From Porphyromonas sp. (GTDB taxonomy: Bacteria; Bacteroidota; Bacteroidia; Bacteroidales; Porphyromonadaceae), in NCBI GenBank assembly GCA_022772085.1, contig JALFBN010000009.1, forward strand, positions 22,428-86,427: a stretch of 64,000 bases of DNA, read 5' to 3'. The translations under genes and the position numbers were made by a program. The notes under the pieces were generated by a model, which had not been told where the DNA came from, made no database searches, and saw nothing but the letters and a program-made list of their open reading frames with translations. Each line of letters opens with the position of its first letter. Position 1 is the stretch's first letter. Positions 29,509-39,500 of this stretch are shown here, one piece after another.

Positions 29509-29949
29509 TTAGAATGAAGTCGTGGGCTCCACGATCAGAACGATACTATCGTTGGCAACCACTTTCACGAGCGAACCTTCGGGTAATACAGTATCTTCTT
29601 GTGCCACCACCGCAGGCCATTCATCTCCATCAATAGCCACTCGGCCTCCTTTACGAGAAGAAACCATGCGCACGACCCGAGCCTCCTTGCCAATCAACGC
29701 ATCAATACCCGTAGATGCAGGGGCTTTACCTCGAGAGAAGCGTTGCAACAGAGGGCGAAGCAAAAAGAGAGATAAGAGACTACCTACTGCGAAGGCAAGC
29801 ACCTGCCACACGATCCCCAAATCAAACAGAGCAGGGATAGTGGCAACAAAACAGCCAACTCCAAAACAAGCCAAAACGAATCCCGGGGTTACGATCTCGG
29901 CAACCAAAAGGAGCAAGCCTGCAATAAACCAAATAAGCGTTACATTCAT
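29509..29949 (-). CDS. NfeD-like C-terminal OB-fold partner protein
   Basis: Three TM helices then TGIDALIGKEARV..GRVAIDGDEWPA; canonical neighbour of SPFH genes. Confidence 0.9.
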   Translation of the reverse strand: MNVTLIWFIAGLLLLVAEIVTPGFVLACFGVGCFVATIPALFDLGIVWQVLAFAVGSLLSLFLLRPLLQRFSRGKAPASTGIDALIGKEARVVRMVSSRKGGRVAIDGDEWPAVVAQEDTVLPEGSLVKVVANDSIVLIVEPTTSF

Positions 29950-29999
29950 ATCTCAAAACGTTTACAGGACATTTCGCAAAGAAATTGCCCTTTCTAATT

Positions 30000-31280
30000 T
30001 TATGTCTTATTCTTTACACGATCTCCATCGTAGCGGAAAAGGATCCAAAAGAGAATCATTACGACCAAGGCGAAGAGCGCAAAAGCGTACCAACTCATGG
30101 ACCATCCCGCTACACGCGCCACGGCATCGTGCTCGCTCTTGACGAAGTAATTAACCACCCATTGTGCGCCAAGCGTCCCGATCGTTGCACCAATGCCGTT
30201 GGTCATCAACATGAACAGCCCCTGCGCACTAGAGCGAATACTGCTATCCGTCTCTCGATCAACAAACAGAGAGCCCGACACATTGAAGAAGTCAAAAGCC
30301 ATTCCATACACAATCATACTCAGAACAAAGAGCCAAACGCCTCCACCAGGATTTCCCGCACCAAGGAGTGCAAAACGAAGCACCCAGCAGATCATCGCAA
30401 TCAACATCACTCGTTTAATCCCCAAGCGTTTCAGCAAAAATGGGATCAACAGAATGCATAACGTCTCCGAAATCTGAGAGAGCGAGATAAGGATATTGGA
30501 GTGCTCTACACCGAAAGCCCCTTTATAAGCATCCAACTCTCCGAACGAAGCCAAATAGGGGTTGGCAAAACCATTGGTAATCTGAAGGTTTATCCCCAAA
30601 AGCATGGAAAAGATAAAGAACATCGCCATCTTGGGATCTCGGAATAGAGAGAAAGCTCTCAGCCCCAATGCCTCCGAAAGACTCTTTTTCTCACCATGAG
30701 GTGCCGTAGGGCAGTGGGGAAGAAAAAAAGAGTATACAAAAAGCACAACACCCAAAATACCCGATACTTGGAATTGCATCGGACTTTCTTGGAATCCCAA
30801 CAGATCGACCGCCAACATACTGGCAATGAACCCTATGGTACCAAAAACACGGATTGGAGGGAAAGCCTTGACAATGTCTGCACCGGCCTGCTCCAATGCA
30901 GTGTAGGCCACCGAATTGCTCAGTGCCAAAGTCGGCATATAAAAGGCCACGCTCAACGTGTAGATAGGGAATAGAACCGAAAATGAGGGGTTTGCACCCA
31001 TGGAATAGGCGACCACCGAGAGGATGATCATAGCTCCTCCTGCAATAAGATGACAGAGCCCAAGGAGGCGTTGTGCCGAGATCCAGCGATCCGCAACAAT
31101 CCCCATCAGAGCAGGCATAAATATGGAAACAATCCCTTGAATGGAGTAGAAGATCCCAATCTTATCCCCCAACCCCAACGAACCGAGGTAACGCCCCATA
31201 CAAATGAGATAGGCCCCCCAAACTGCGAATTGAAGGAAATTCATCGCAATGAGTTTACTGCGAAGAGTTACGTCTTTCAT
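30000..31280 (-). CDS. MFS nucleoside permease (NupG-like)
   Basis: MNFLQFAVWGAY, GIVADRW, FYMPTLALSN, IRVFGTIGF, SLSQISET, YGMAFDFFNVSGSLFVD. Confidence 0.9.
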   Translation of the reverse strand: MKDVTLRSKLIAMNFLQFAVWGAYLICMGRYLGSLGLGDKIGIFYSIQGIVSIFMPALMGIVADRWISAQRLLGLCHLIAGGAMIILSVVAYSMGANPSFSVLFPIYTLSVAFYMPTLALSNSVAYTALEQAGADIVKAFPPIRVFGTIGFIASMLAVDLLGFQESPMQFQVSGILGVVLFVYSFFLPHCPTAPHGEKKSLSEALGLRAFSLFRDPKMAMFFIFSMLLGINLQITNGFANPYLASFGELDAYKGAFGVEHSNILISLSQISETLCILLIPFLLKRLGIKRVMLIAMICWVLRFALLGAGNPGGGVWLFVLSMIVYGMAFDFFNVSGSLFVDRETDSSIRSSAQGLFMLMTNGIGATIGTLGAQWVVNYFVKSEHDAVARVAGWSMSWYAFALFALVVMILFWILFRYDGDRVKNKT

Positions 31281-31432
31281 CTGCTGTTCTTCTTTGTATC
31301 ATTAAATGTTTCGAGTTCCGAAGTAGCGCTTTTACCATACCCTCAGCACACGAGCCGGAGATGACTAATGAAAAAGCACGTCTTCTCTCCACAAAGTAAG
31401 GGCGGGAAGAGAGGGCGTGCCATCCATGCGGG

Positions 31433-32839
31433 CTACTCGTATGTTGTATGAATGATCCCCAAATGAATCTTTCGATTATTCAGTTTGATACGAACTCCCG
31501 AGGGGAAGAGATAGTGAGCAACGCCCGTGACTCCGGAGGATGAGGAGCCTCCCGATCCTCCTTCCAGACGCACAGGTATTACATAGAGCCGTAGGGGTTT
31601 GGTTACCTCAGGAGTCGTAGCACCTCCGGCAGTAGTATTATCCGACACATGCTTGGCGATCAAGGCACTGATATTTTTGAAGACATATTGCCGAGTCAAA
31701 ACACTGTACTCGGTTGAGAGATAAGCAATATCGGATTGTGTGAGGTGCGATTCGCCCTTTTCAAAGAAACTACTTACCGAGTTGGCAGGAAGGAGCATCA
31801 AATAACGCGGAGGTTGCAAGACGGTCTTACCATCGGCAGGGATATCCACGGGCAACGTAAGAATGGCTTCATTGAAGAGGCGTCGAGTCTTCTGATTCCA
31901 ATCGGAACGAACCACCTTATTGAGGTCTTCGGTGGAAATAGTCAACTCTGTCGCCAGTCCCAGCGGGGAGGTTACGAAACTGTATTTGTCGTTGGGTTGC
32001 AAGAGAGCTTCCCTATTCTTAAAGTCGAATTGTTGAGACAAATAGAGTTGGTTGGTATTGGCAAAGCGATAGGACCCTCGCTTATAGTGCAATGAATCCG
32101 CTGAGCCATCTTTGGTCTTACCCATCTCTCGATAGGTATAGTAGATGAGCAGAGCCGTACTATAAACACTCAGTACACACCCCGACCCTGTGGAAGCCTC
32201 TACAAATAGTCCTCTTAAAAGGTTCTCTTCAAAAGCCTTTTGATTATCGAAATATTCGGGATGATGCTTAGAGGCTTCATAGATCCGTTGCCCGATACTC
32301 TTATCCACCGGCACATAAACATAGTGATCTCCTTGTGCATCCCCGGCCTTATAGCTGGAACTTCCCAGGAATTTAGCTCCATCGAGATAGGGCGAAATAT
32401 CTCCTGAATAGTGGCTGTCGGGAAGCGGCTTGGTCACCTCGTATACCGAAGCTTTGGCCCACACCGTGCTATCACCTGCCCATGCCGAGTAGCTTATTTC
32501 CACAAAAGCGGAGTCGATCTTGCCGCCCTCCACTTCATGCTTAAACTTAAAACCGGGAGCATGGCGCAGGCGCGTGGCGTACGAAGAGCGCAGATCGCCA
32601 AAGAGGGGATCACTCAATTGCCCCAGCAGTGTATAGGTAGAGCGCGAGTAGATCGAAGGGATCTCCACCGTCCGCGCATCTACATAAAGGGTATCGGCCT
32701 TGGCCGTCAGCACCTCACCCTTAGGCTGCGTACTAAAGCCCACTTTAGAGGTATCGTCATTACATCCGACAAGCAGACCAAGCCCACCCAAGAGGACCAC
32801 CAAAGTAGCCCAAAGTTGTTGTTTTCTTATTATTCTCAT
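31433..32839 (-). CDS. DUF4270-like lipoprotein
   Basis: Lipobox LVGC; LLGQLSDPLFG motif; follows the glycogen-synthase-like gene, an arrangement I recognise from Bacteroidota. Confidence 0.75.
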   Translation of the reverse strand: MRIIRKQQLWATLVVLLGGLGLLVGCNDDTSKVGFSTQPKGEVLTAKADTLYVDARTVEIPSIYSRSTYTLLGQLSDPLFGDLRSSYATRLRHAPGFKFKHEVEGGKIDSAFVEISYSAWAGDSTVWAKASVYEVTKPLPDSHYSGDISPYLDGAKFLGSSSYKAGDAQGDHYVYVPVDKSIGQRIYEASKHHPEYFDNQKAFEENLLRGLFVEASTGSGCVLSVYSTALLIYYTYREMGKTKDGSADSLHYKRGSYRFANTNQLYLSQQFDFKNREALLQPNDKYSFVTSPLGLATELTISTEDLNKVVRSDWNQKTRRLFNEAILTLPVDIPADGKTVLQPPRYLMLLPANSVSSFFEKGESHLTQSDIAYLSTEYSVLTRQYVFKNISALIAKHVSDNTTAGGATTPEVTKPLRLYVIPVRLEGGSGGSSSSGVTGVAHYLFPSGVRIKLNNRKIHLGIIHTTYE

Positions 32840-32958
32840 CTATATACCACAAGATAACCCTTGATTTCCCTTCGCATCCGGAGGGTAAATTCGTCACATG
32901 GACGCCACCCTCTTTTTCCACTAAGGAGATCAATTCGGTTGCTAAGATACGGTATTTC

Positions 32959-33771
32959 TTATTGTAATAGGCTATTGTAGAACTCACGATACGCCCCGGC
33001 ATTCTCCTTGAGCAGACCGGGATAAGCCAAGATGGGCTTCCCCAGTTGCTGCGCGTAGGCTAGCGAGTGCCACTCGGCAATCTCTTCTGCGGGCATCACC
33101 ACCCCATCACTGTATGCAATGGCCATTCGACGTAATGCATCAGGGTCGAATGCACCTTGTAGCGGAGCCACCAAATCATCTTTAAGATTGTCGAAAGCCA
33201 ACACCTCAAACAACTTGTCCGAAAACTCCCCCGTCACCTCGGTATCAAAAGGACTGTACACCACCTTAGCCTTACCGATATCGGGATCATCCTTATAAAG
33301 CGTCTGCAAATAAATAGGTGCCAGAGCGGAGAACCATCCCATACAATGCACCACATCGGGGATCCATCGCAGCTTCTTTATCGCCTCAAAGACTCCACGG
33401 AAAAAGAATACAGACCGTTCCACTGTATCATTTCCATACTTCTCTTCAATACCGAATTGGCTCTTGCGTTGGAAAAACTCCTTATTGTCAATAAAGTAGA
33501 CTTGAATGCGTGTTTGAGGAACGGATGCCACCTTGATGATAAGCTGGCAGTCGGTATCGTTAACGATAATGTTGATACCCGAGAGGCGGATCACCTCGTG
33601 CAACTGATGCCTGCGCTCGTTGATTGTCCCAAATTTGGGCATAAACACACGAACATCGTCTCCACCCTCCTGCACGATCTGAGGAAGAAAGCGAGCAAAA
33701 GCCCCCAGAGGGGTCTCATCTAAGTAGGGGGTGATCTCTTGAGCTATATAGAGTATCTTTTTCTGTTCCAT
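32959..33771 (-). CDS. Glycogen/starch synthase N-terminal-domain protein (GT5-like, single domain)
   Basis: Likely start MEQKKILYIAQE (33771); RVFMPKFG, INERRHQLHEVIRLSG, WIPDVVHCMGW; about 270 aa only. Confidence 0.85.
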   Translation of the reverse strand: MEQKKILYIAQEITPYLDETPLGAFARFLPQIVQEGGDDVRVFMPKFGTINERRHQLHEVIRLSGINIIVNDTDCQLIIKVASVPQTRIQVYFIDNKEFFQRKSQFGIEEKYGNDTVERSVFFFRGVFEAIKKLRWIPDVVHCMGWFSALAPIYLQTLYKDDPDIGKAKVVYSPFDTEVTGEFSDKLFEVLAFDNLKDDLVAPLQGAFDPDALRRMAIAYSDGVVMPAEEIAEWHSLAYAQQLGKPILAYPGLLKENAGAYREFYNSLLQ

Positions 33772-33797
33772 AAGTATAGCACCGTTTGATTCTCCTA

Positions 33798-33805
33798 CAA
33801 AGATA
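33798..33805 (-). promoter_or_regulatory. -7 promoter box (TATCTTTG) for GT5-like/DUF4270 operon
   Basis: CAAAGATA on +, 26 nt upstream of ATG 33771. Confidence 0.6.
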
Positions 33806-33939
33806 CGAAAAAAACAGTGGTTGCAGACTATCCCCTTATCAGACAAGGAGAAAGATCCTGCAATATAAAGGGCACATACGACACCGACACTCTCCTCTTG
33901 TGTAGGCAAAGAAGTCGCTACTTAATAAAAGGATTTTTC

Positions 33940-33953
33940 GGGGGGGGGGGGGG
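33940..33953. repeat. G14 homopolymer tract
   Basis: 14 consecutive G, intergenic. Confidence 0.97.
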
Positions 33954-34051
33954 AATCGTCAGGAAGGATATTGCAACGGAAATCAAAAGAGGGTGTGGAG
34001 AACTCTCCAAACCTAACTCCACACCCTAGGAGACTCTACTCTCGTATAGGC

Positions 34052-34438
34052 TCAATCATGTTTAGTAGGGATAAAAGCCTTTATGACCACGAATACAGAA
34101 GCAAAAATCATTAGAATCGGCACAGCAATCCAATACACACGCATGGAGTAAGACAAACAAGGGATTGCCCCTCCGAAGCCCATTGCATAGACGATAAGCA
34201 AGTCCATCCAGCGAGGGGGAACGATCTCTTTCTTCTTTCTCATGATAACCGAAAATAACTTATCCAGCAAGAAACACACTAAAGGTATTACGAGGAACCC
34301 AATCACAGAGGAAAATGTGAAACTCTCTTCCGTTAGCCGACCCTCACATAAAGCAATTACGAAGTTCACAAGGAGAAAATAGGCTATGATCGTCCAAGTG
34401 AAAAAAACATGACCAACTTCAACTTTTTTCTTTTCCAT
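34052..34438 (-). CDS. Hypothetical 4-TM membrane protein
   Basis: 128 aa with four hydrophobic segments; own -7 box upstream; no recognisable motif. Confidence 0.7.
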   Translation of the reverse strand: MEKKKVEVGHVFFTWTIIAYFLLVNFVIALCEGRLTEESFTFSSVIGFLVIPLVCFLLDKLFSVIMRKKKEIVPPRWMDLLIVYAMGFGGAIPCLSYSMRVYWIAVPILMIFASVFVVIKAFIPTKHD

Positions 34439-34539
34439 ACTGATTTCCTACAACATTACTTACGACTAGGGTTTTCATTCTCGCCACCACGCGATGCAGA
34501 TATAACACTCATTTTTCGGTTAAGCATCTAAACGCATCG

Positions 34540-34569
34540 CAAATATAAACAAACATCTGCAATAACAAA
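34540..34569 (-). promoter_or_regulatory. Promoter TTTG-N18-TATATTTG for the 4-TM orphan
   Basis: CAAATATA at 34540-34547 and CAAA at 34566-34569 on +. Confidence 0.6.
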
Positions 34570-34676
34570 ACAATCCGATAAATAAAAAAAAACCATACTT
34601 AACCGATAAAAAAAACAAAAACTTTTATTCCGACAAGATTTGGGAGAAAGACTCTCGTCAAAAGCCCATTTCGCCC

Positions 34677-35234
34677 CTACTCGGGGAGGGTCGTAGGCAG
34701 TCGGAGCAAGAAAGTAGCTCGATAGCCCTCCGTGTCATTTTCGACAAGAGGAGCAAAGGATTCGGCAGAGACTAAAGGCATAGGATCTTCGGGGGCACGC
34801 ACTTCGTTTGCCACCCATAGGGCAACACTTTGAAAAATGTAGGGCAGAATGATATGGGCATCTTGCCCTACATTTTTCCAACTGGAGGGCTCTATTTTTG
34901 CCATCAATTCGATCTCCAAAAAACCAATCGACCCGGTACACTCCTCCCGATAGGAGAGCCCGAAGGAGCAACGAAGCGAAGGGATTTGAGCCAACGTATC
35001 GAAATACGCCATAACCTTTTGGTAAAGTAACTCGCCCTCGTCACTGCCATAGATAACAGCAGGGAAAGGATCGCGGAATCCATTTGCCGAGAAAAATTCC
35101 TGCCACGGGAAGCAGGGCAAGGCAGAGAAGAGGGAGAAGTCCGAGGCATAGAGGTTGTGCGAACCAAAACCTACCCGCTCCTCATCCTCCTCTTCGGAGC
35201 GCAATGCCCCGATTGATTTTAGGGGATCAATCAT
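34677..35234 (-). CDS. Hypothetical protein co-transcribed with CDF transporter
   Basis: Likely start MIDPLK at 35234, 2 nt after the CDF stop; 185 aa, soluble and acidic. Confidence 0.6.
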   Translation of the reverse strand: MIDPLKSIGALRSEEEDEERVGFGSHNLYASDFSLFSALPCFPWQEFFSANGFRDPFPAVIYGSDEGELLYQKVMAYFDTLAQIPSLRCSFGLSYREECTGSIGFLEIELMAKIEPSSWKNVGQDAHIILPYIFQSVALWVANEVRAPEDPMPLVSAESFAPLVENDTEGYRATFLLRLPTTLPE

Positions 35235-35236
35235 AA

Positions 35237-36232
35237 TCAGTCGCAGCAATGCTCCATACCGCATGGGGTATCGGGAGCGTCCATTTCGATGGTTGCATGT
35301 TGTACTCCGGCCTCTTTTGCCAATGTACGGACACGCTCCTTGAGCTGAAGCAATGCTTCGGGATTGGGGCAAGCCTCGGGATAAAAAACCACATGCAGGG
35401 TCAGCACGTGCAATTCACCATCCACGCTCCAAAGGTGCACATCATGTATCGAGTCCACTTCGGGCATCGCCTGAATGACACCCTCCAACCGAGGTAAATC
35501 AATATCGGTAGGAACTCCTTGTAAAAACACTTTGAACGTACCGATAAGTGTGCGCACTACATTAAAGAGTACCCAGCAGGATATGGCAATGGAGAGAATG
35601 GGGTCGAGTATCGGCAAATTAACAAAGACCATCACCAAACTCACCACCAACACCGCAGCCCAGCCCAGCACATCTTCAAGGAGGTGAAGCATCACGGCTC
35701 GTTCATTGAAAGAGTGTCCCTTGCTCATCCGAAGGGCTGCCACCCCATTAACAGAAAGCCCAACAACAGCAATAAGAAGCATCCATCCCGCTTTAGGTTC
35801 TCCGGGATTGATCAGCCGTTGGGCAGCGGCCGTCAGAACAAAAATCGAGCCTACGACCAACACAATGGAGATAAAAAGCGCACCCAAGAGAGAAAAACGT
35901 TTATAACCGTAACTAAAGTGGGCATCTCTCCCCCGCTCGCTCAACTTCTGCAAATACCAAGCGACTCCCAAGGAGAGGGCATCACCGAAGTCATGCAACG
36001 CATCCGACAAGATCGCAATACTGGAAGTAAAAAATCCACCCACGAGTTCAAAGAGAGCAAAGAGGATGTTAAGCCAAAAAGCTACTTTGATGTTACCTGT
36101 TGCGGAGTGGTGGTGATGCCCCAAGGCATGGTGATGTGCATGATGATCATGATGCCCTTTGTGCTCATGCCCAAAAGCATGATCGTGATGGTGCTCGCAG
36201 CCATCGTGGTGATTGTGTTTATGCCCGTCCAT
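35237..36232 (-). CDS. Cation diffusion facilitator (CzcD/ZitB-like) with His-rich N-terminus
   Basis: Likely start MDGHKH (36232); AILSDALHDFGD, FSYGYKRFSLLGA, HLLEDVLGW, IHDVHLWS, HATIE. Confidence 0.93.
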   Translation of the reverse strand: MDGHKHNHHDGCEHHHDHAFGHEHKGHHDHHAHHHALGHHHHSATGNIKVAFWLNILFALFELVGGFFTSSIAILSDALHDFGDALSLGVAWYLQKLSERGRDAHFSYGYKRFSLLGALFISIVLVVGSIFVLTAAAQRLINPGEPKAGWMLLIAVVGLSVNGVAALRMSKGHSFNERAVMLHLLEDVLGWAAVLVVSLVMVFVNLPILDPILSIAISCWVLFNVVRTLIGTFKVFLQGVPTDIDLPRLEGVIQAMPEVDSIHDVHLWSVDGELHVLTLHVVFYPEACPNPEALLQLKERVRTLAKEAGVQHATIEMDAPDTPCGMEHCCD

Positions 36233-36273
36233 AATACGTTCCGTTGCTTTTTTTGAAACCTTATATATAACCG

Positions 36274-36281
36274 CAAATATA
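36274..36281 (-). promoter_or_regulatory. -7 promoter box (TATATTTG) for CDF operon
   Basis: CAAATATA on +, 41 nt upstream of ATG 36232. Confidence 0.6.
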
Positions 36282-36510
36282 CAAACATTAGCCTGCTTTT
36301 GTCCCTCTTTACCCACTATTGGGTAAAACAATGCCCACAAAATCCCATCTGAAGAGTACAAGAGATAAGGATGCAGGAGGTTTTGGCACATGAAAAAACG
36401 TATTTGGGTTGGAGCATGAAGACTTCTCCACAGTATACAAAGCCTCGAATCAGCATAAAACCCTCAATAAAAAAATAATTTATTTTGACCCTTAGTGCAG
36501 AAATTACTTG

Positions 36511-36518
36511 TATATTTG
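36511..36518 (+). promoter_or_regulatory. -7 promoter box (TATATTTG) for LRR gene
   Basis: Exact TAnnTTTG 76 nt upstream of ATG 36595. Confidence 0.6.
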
Positions 36519-36594
36519 GCTCATTGTTTTGGGCAGGCTTCGCTGTCACAAAGCAGAACAGACAAGGATTTATTACTTACAAACATTAGGATTC

Positions 36595-39500
36595 ATGAGA
36601 AAGAAGATTCACTTACTCTTCGTGGCTCTATTCCTCTATTCGCTATCGACGAGTTCGCTATGCGCACAGAGTGGAGGGAGTTTCTCCTTCGAGATTCAAG
36701 CCGGAGAGTTGGCAAGCAAATTGCCGGCAAACAAAAATGAAGTTCAGGACCTAACCCTCAAAGGCACACTTAACACCGGCGATCTCAGCCTGTTGCGTAC
36801 CCTCACTCAACTGAGTCGCTTAGATATGCGAGAGGTTACGATAGAAACCGGAGGAGATGGATACACATCTACCTATTTTCCCGACCAAACATTGCAAGTA
36901 GAGAAACCCAATACCCTCCCTAAAGCACTATTCGCAGGGATGAAATCGCTCCAAAGCATCCTACTACCTACCCGACTCGTGGCGATTGGCGATAACGCCT
37001 TCAGAGCAAGTGGAGTTACCTACATACAGATCCCCGAAAGCGTAACCACAGTGGGCGAACGGGCCTTTGCCGAATGTACCGCCCTCTCCAAAGCAACACT
37101 TCATGCCAAACTTCCCAAAATCGCCAAAGGACTCTTTGAGGGTTGTGCAACACTAACCTCCATACAGAGTAGCAAAATTACAGAGGTGGGTGACGATGCC
37201 TTCCGTGGATGTAAAGCACTCAAACTCACTCTTTCGGGCGGGGTAACTCGTGTCGGCGACAATGCTTTCCGTGGATGCGAAAGCCTCGAGATCGCCTACC
37301 TTGCCAATACCGTTACTTACCTCGGCAACCATGCCTTCGATGGATGTAGCTCGCTCTCGATGATTTTCATCAAATCGAATATCGAAACAATGGGCGAATA
37401 CATCTTTGCCAATTGTCCCAAACTCGTTAACATCAACACGCCCTACAACTTCACGAAACTCACCAAAGGAATGTTCGCTCACTGTACCGCCCTCCAAGAG
37501 GTGTGGCTTGGTAGCGGACTCAAAGAGGTCGGTGCCGCTGCATTTGAAAACTGTACAGCCCTCACTTCTTTCCGCATAGACAGTCCCTCGGTGCCTACGG
37601 TCGATGCAACCTCCTTTGCAGGAGTTACCCGTGGTGGGATAGAACTCCTCGTTCCCAACGGAAAAAGTGCTATATACAGTGCCAACGATGAATGGAAAAA
37701 ATTCCGGGTAAAAGAACTCGCATTGAGCGACAATGGAGTCAAAGTGGTCACAATCCACCAAAAGAGTGGCACAAGTAAGGGACTCAAAGTGGGTATCCGC
37801 ACCACTCTTCCCCTCGCCTTTGATCTAGGCAATGGCTCTGTCATAAAAAAAGCTCCCGGTACATACAGCAGTTCCAAAAACCAAATAGACTGCACCAATG
37901 GAGGCAAAACGGTAGACCTCCTATCCATGCCCTCCGCTCTACGCAACCTTATCATCAATGACCTTGATGGCAATGATATAGAACATATCACCTTCAACAC
38001 CCCTGAACTCGACTACCTCTGGCTTGCAGGTAGCCAAATCACCTCTTTGGATCTATCGAAGATGCCGAAGCTACGCCAGCTCAATATCTATGACAACGTA
38101 CTCCTGGAGTCTCTCGACCTTTCACACAATCCCGAGCTGACCTACCTTGATATCTCGTTTGCCGAAAAGATCCAAAAGCTCGATCTCTCCGCTACCTCCA
38201 AACTAAGAACGCTCAAGGCAGCACAAACAAAACTCTCCTCTTGGGATCTCTCTAGGGTACCTCTCCTCACGGAGATCGACCTCAGCATGACAAAAATCAG
38301 AGAACTCGATCTCAGCAGTCTCACTCAAATAAGACTGATCATGCTCCCATCATGCGGACTCGAACATGTAACCTTCCCCTCCGCTCCCGATCTCAAAGAG
38401 GTTTTCATCAACGATAACAAACTCTCGGCGGACGAACTGAATGCCATCTACAAAGCACTTCCCCAACGAGATGCAGCCGATGAGGCGAAGATCTATATCA
38501 AAAACAATCCGGGTGCAGAGACCTCCAATACAGGTCTTCTCAAAAGTAAAAACTGGGTTGCCGATATGGAGGGAACAGGAACAGATACCCCCGACCTCAC
38601 CCAAGAGGCGATCTCTTTCTTCACAGAAAATAAGACGATCAGCTTTAATGTGATCGGTAGCAAAAACGAAACGCTATCTATCGATTGGGGCGATGGCTCG
38701 CGCATCGAAAGAGCAACCATAACCACAGGAATGCAGAAAAATCTCAAACACACTTTTGAAACGAGCACTCCTCAGCACGAAGTAAAGATCTTCGGTGAAG
38801 GCATTACCACCCTCAGCACTACTCTCTTCAACGTACTTGGGCTGACTTACCTTGATGTAAGCCATTGCCCCTCATTGCAAAAGCTCGCCATACCCAACGG
38901 CAACAATCTCCTCTCCGTTGATCTGAGCAAGAACAACGAACTAACTCATATCGACCTCGCAGGATGCAAACTCAATGCCATTACGTTGCCCGAGAACGGA
39001 GCAAAAATCCGAGAAATCAAACTATCGACCAACGATATAAGCAAACTTGATCTGAAGGGGATGAGTGCCCTCGAAGTGCTCAGCGCTCCCAGCAACAAGC
39101 TCAAAGAAATTGATCTTACACCCTGTCCTAAACTCAAAAAGATCAATCTAAATCTCAATGGGTTGGAAAAGGTCGTCGGACTTAAAAATCTAACCGAACT
39201 GACCGAGCTGGATATTGCCAACAATACCTTGCCCTTCTCGATGCTACCTCCTCGAAAAAACATGACTTCCTACGTATATAACCAATACTGGTACGATATA
39301 CCCGGCGAATTGATCAAGGACTATACCATCGACCTCTCTGCAGAGTACATGGTGCAAGGCATTACCGACCAGCCCGAACAAACCACCTATAAGTGGTACA
39401 TCCAAAAGACGATGACAGAGAAAGTCGAGGTGCCTCAAACCGCCTACACAGAGCAGAATGGGATATTCACTTTTAATGATACGCTCTTCCCTCAAGGCAG

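Noticed and set aside
32880-32917. Hairpin plus T-run on + (GAGGGT/ACCCTC) between two minus-strand genes
   Set aside because: Short stem in the wrong orientation for the local genes; no evidence of an antisense transcript.
36325-36530. 9-bp inverted repeat AAAACAATG/CATTGTTTT around the LRR promoter
   Set aside because: AT-rich, does not extend on either side, and is about what chance gives in a 360-nt gap; worth including only if reads are screened for inversions.
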